Assembly (NCBI GenBank): GCA_905178155.1
Contig: CAJINV010000016.1
Span: forward strand, 1,749,102 to 1,813,101
Reading direction: 5' to 3'
Source: Amoebophrya sp. A120
Lineage: Eukaryota > Protista > Dinoflagellata
DNA: 64,000 nt
Shown: positions 62,201 to 64,000 of the stretch, one piece after another
Position numbering within the stretch: the stretch's first letter is position 1
Layout of the letters: each line of letters starts with the position of its first letter
Notes under the pieces: generated by a model
Databases searched by the model: none
Seen by the model: only the letters and a program-made list of their open reading frames with translations
What the model was told of the DNA's origin: nothing
Made by a program: the position numbers and the translations under genes

Positions 62201-64000
62201 ACGCTGCTGGCCGCGCCCATGATCTGTGGGTGGGGCGTGCCGTGGAGAAACTGGTCCGTGGCAGGGTCTTTCAAACCGTAGTTGACCGTCTCGACCACTT
62301 TGACCGGGGTTTGCTTCACGTCAATCTCGTACACGAACGGCAGCTATGGATTGCAACAGTGTCTGAGTCTGGAAGATTCTAATCTTGTAATGCTGTCTCT
62401 GGATTCTAAAAAAATGCGTATTGCATGACCAGCAAGAGCACTCCAGTTTGTGCTATGCGGAGAGGGCATTTCTCATGCCGTAGAGGCATCGCAAAGTAGT
62501 CCTCTAAAAATATGTGATGCTAGGGCATGCATCACAGACATCATTGGTCATGCAAAATATGCATGACAAACCTGGCAATCTTCCAGACCCAGACATTTGC
62601 ATTGGATAGCAGCTCCTTGGGCGTCGCGCCCCCGATCCGGTCCGCGTAGTAATTTCCGGCGAAGGCCTATTACCGTGAAAAATGCCCCCACCCCCAAAGT
62701 TGCAATAATTTGTGATGCTACGTTTCCAAATGAAAACTTTTTGTCATGCATGAAAGGAGTGTGAATCTTTGTGATGCAGGGTCTAGGCGTATATAGCATT
62801 GCTTGCATGACAAGCGCCGCTCTTGCTGGGATCTGTCGCAATACACATCTTCGCTATTCACGATTGGAGATCTGTGATGCTGCTAGATGCAAGAGGGCGA
62901 GTGTTTCTGTCGGAAAGGTTTGCAATGCAAATGCTCCCAAGTTCGGAGGTGGGGGCGTTTTTCATTGTGATAAGGCCAGCAACCGCGTGCCCCCGAGCCA
63001 GTGCAAGTGTGGTGCGTGGCCCGCGAAAAAATCCTTGGCGGCGCCCGTCTCGAAGTCGTCAATGCCCGTTGGCTGCAGAAGCTCCTCGCGCATGCGGATC
63101 CTCGGCGGGGGTTGGACTGCTCGTTCTGCAAAGCGTGCACTTGATGTAGTCTTGCGATTAGTTTCATGATCGCCCCGTCCTCCGTGTTGGTCTGTGATTC
63201 CACCTTGCTCCATGATGTTGGAATTATCTCTTGCACCAAAGTTAGAAGACGACGACGATGAGCCACCTCCTGTGGCGCCTATATATGATGAACCTGGATT
63301 GTTGTTGTGGATATCCGCACTGGCATTTTGCGCACGATCCGCCTTCTGTACAAAACTGGAAGCTTGTTCAGCTAGGTTGGCGTCCTGATCCTGTGTAAAA
63401 ACTGCGCCATTTATCTTTCGGGTCGACGAAGAGGACGCAGATCCACCTCCGACTTGCGGGCCGACGTGGTTTATCGCCGGAGCAGAAGACAAATCCTCCT
63501 TGGTCGCGTCAACATCATCCGCTAGGTGTTTTGGGCGTTTGGACGCCGGCTGCTGCTGCAGTTGTACCTGGCTCGACACCCTGCCTTCCCCTGGCGCGAA
63601 AGCGAACCCCAACCCGGAGCTCGAACTACTAGACGCGTCGCTGCGCGCCGTCAACATCGACGAAGCGGCGGATGAACTACCGCTACCTGATATCCAAGAA
63701 CAAAACTGTGTAAGTGTAACTTTGTGTTGCAGAAAATGCAAAACTGTTACACTTGTCATGCTGGACATGCATCATAGGCTCTTTTCGTACGTGTTTTCAA
63801 GTACTAGCTATGCATGACAGGTTTTCTGTTTCATGCAGAGCAAACTTGTGATGCTATTCCACCAAGAAACTTACACTTACACAGTTTTTTTCTTGCATAC
63901 CTGAGGGTCTGGAGCCGATATCCCGCTGGTTCTTATCGTTCAAGCTTGCGTCCGCTTCCTCCAAATCGGCAACAATTTCGGCGATGTACGCCGGATCGTA
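59278..64000 (-). CDS. Kelch-repeat beta-propeller protein, 5' end outside the window, split by 7 introners
   Basis: Repeated VVFFG, FFIFGG, WLITGG, LYFGG, FVFGG blades with NDLWSFNLLTKQW; acidic tail; YFVGEYF|HDVITLDL junction in frame. Confidence 0.85.
59663..59918. mobile_element. Introner family A
   Basis: TIRs, DR GGAAA. Confidence 0.92.
60191..60480. mobile_element. Introner family D
   Basis: TIRs, DR CGATG. Confidence 0.92.
61108..61369. mobile_element. Introner family A
   Basis: TIRs, DR GTCCC. Confidence 0.92.
61918..62172. mobile_element. Introner family A
   Basis: TIRs, DR GCCGA. Confidence 0.92.
62345..62608. mobile_element. Introner family A
   Basis: TIRs, DR GCAGC. Confidence 0.9.
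62668..62972. mobile_element. Introner family D
   Basis: TIRs, DR AGGCC. Confidence 0.92.
63691..63899. mobile_element. Introner family I (single copy here)
   Basis: AAAACTGTGTAAGTGTAA...TTACACTTACACAGTTTT TIR, DR CCTGA. Confidence 0.9.

Overview
Eukaryotic genomic DNA. The architecture matches the parasitic dinoflagellate Amoebophrya (Syndiniales); this is inferred, not proven. About 12-13 protein-coding genes all lie on the minus strand. They include an FAD-dependent DMGDH/sarcosine dehydrogenase-like gene, an IQ-repeat gene, an NTF2/DUF3804-like gene, a probable surface protein, a type I DnaJ, a TSNAXIP1_N-like gene, a Kelch-repeat gene and several large hypotheticals. The genes are interrupted by 48 MITE-like 'introner' elements from about 9 terminal-inverted-repeat (TIR) families. 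Nearly all have TAT...ATA ends and a 5-bp flanking direct repeat (DR), and lack GT-AG ends. Where checked, removing the element plus one DR restores the reading frame. Main observations: (1) all families share an internal TTTGTNATGC motif with roughly 10-bp-multiple spacing; (2) the 5-bp DRs stay perfect even in decayed copies; (3) a 5'-truncated, (ATG)n-tailed retroelement occurs three times, each time nested inside an introner of a different family, and a second (CTA)n-tailed insertion sits in a fourth introner. Gene models and coordinates were read by eye, so gene ends are approximate.
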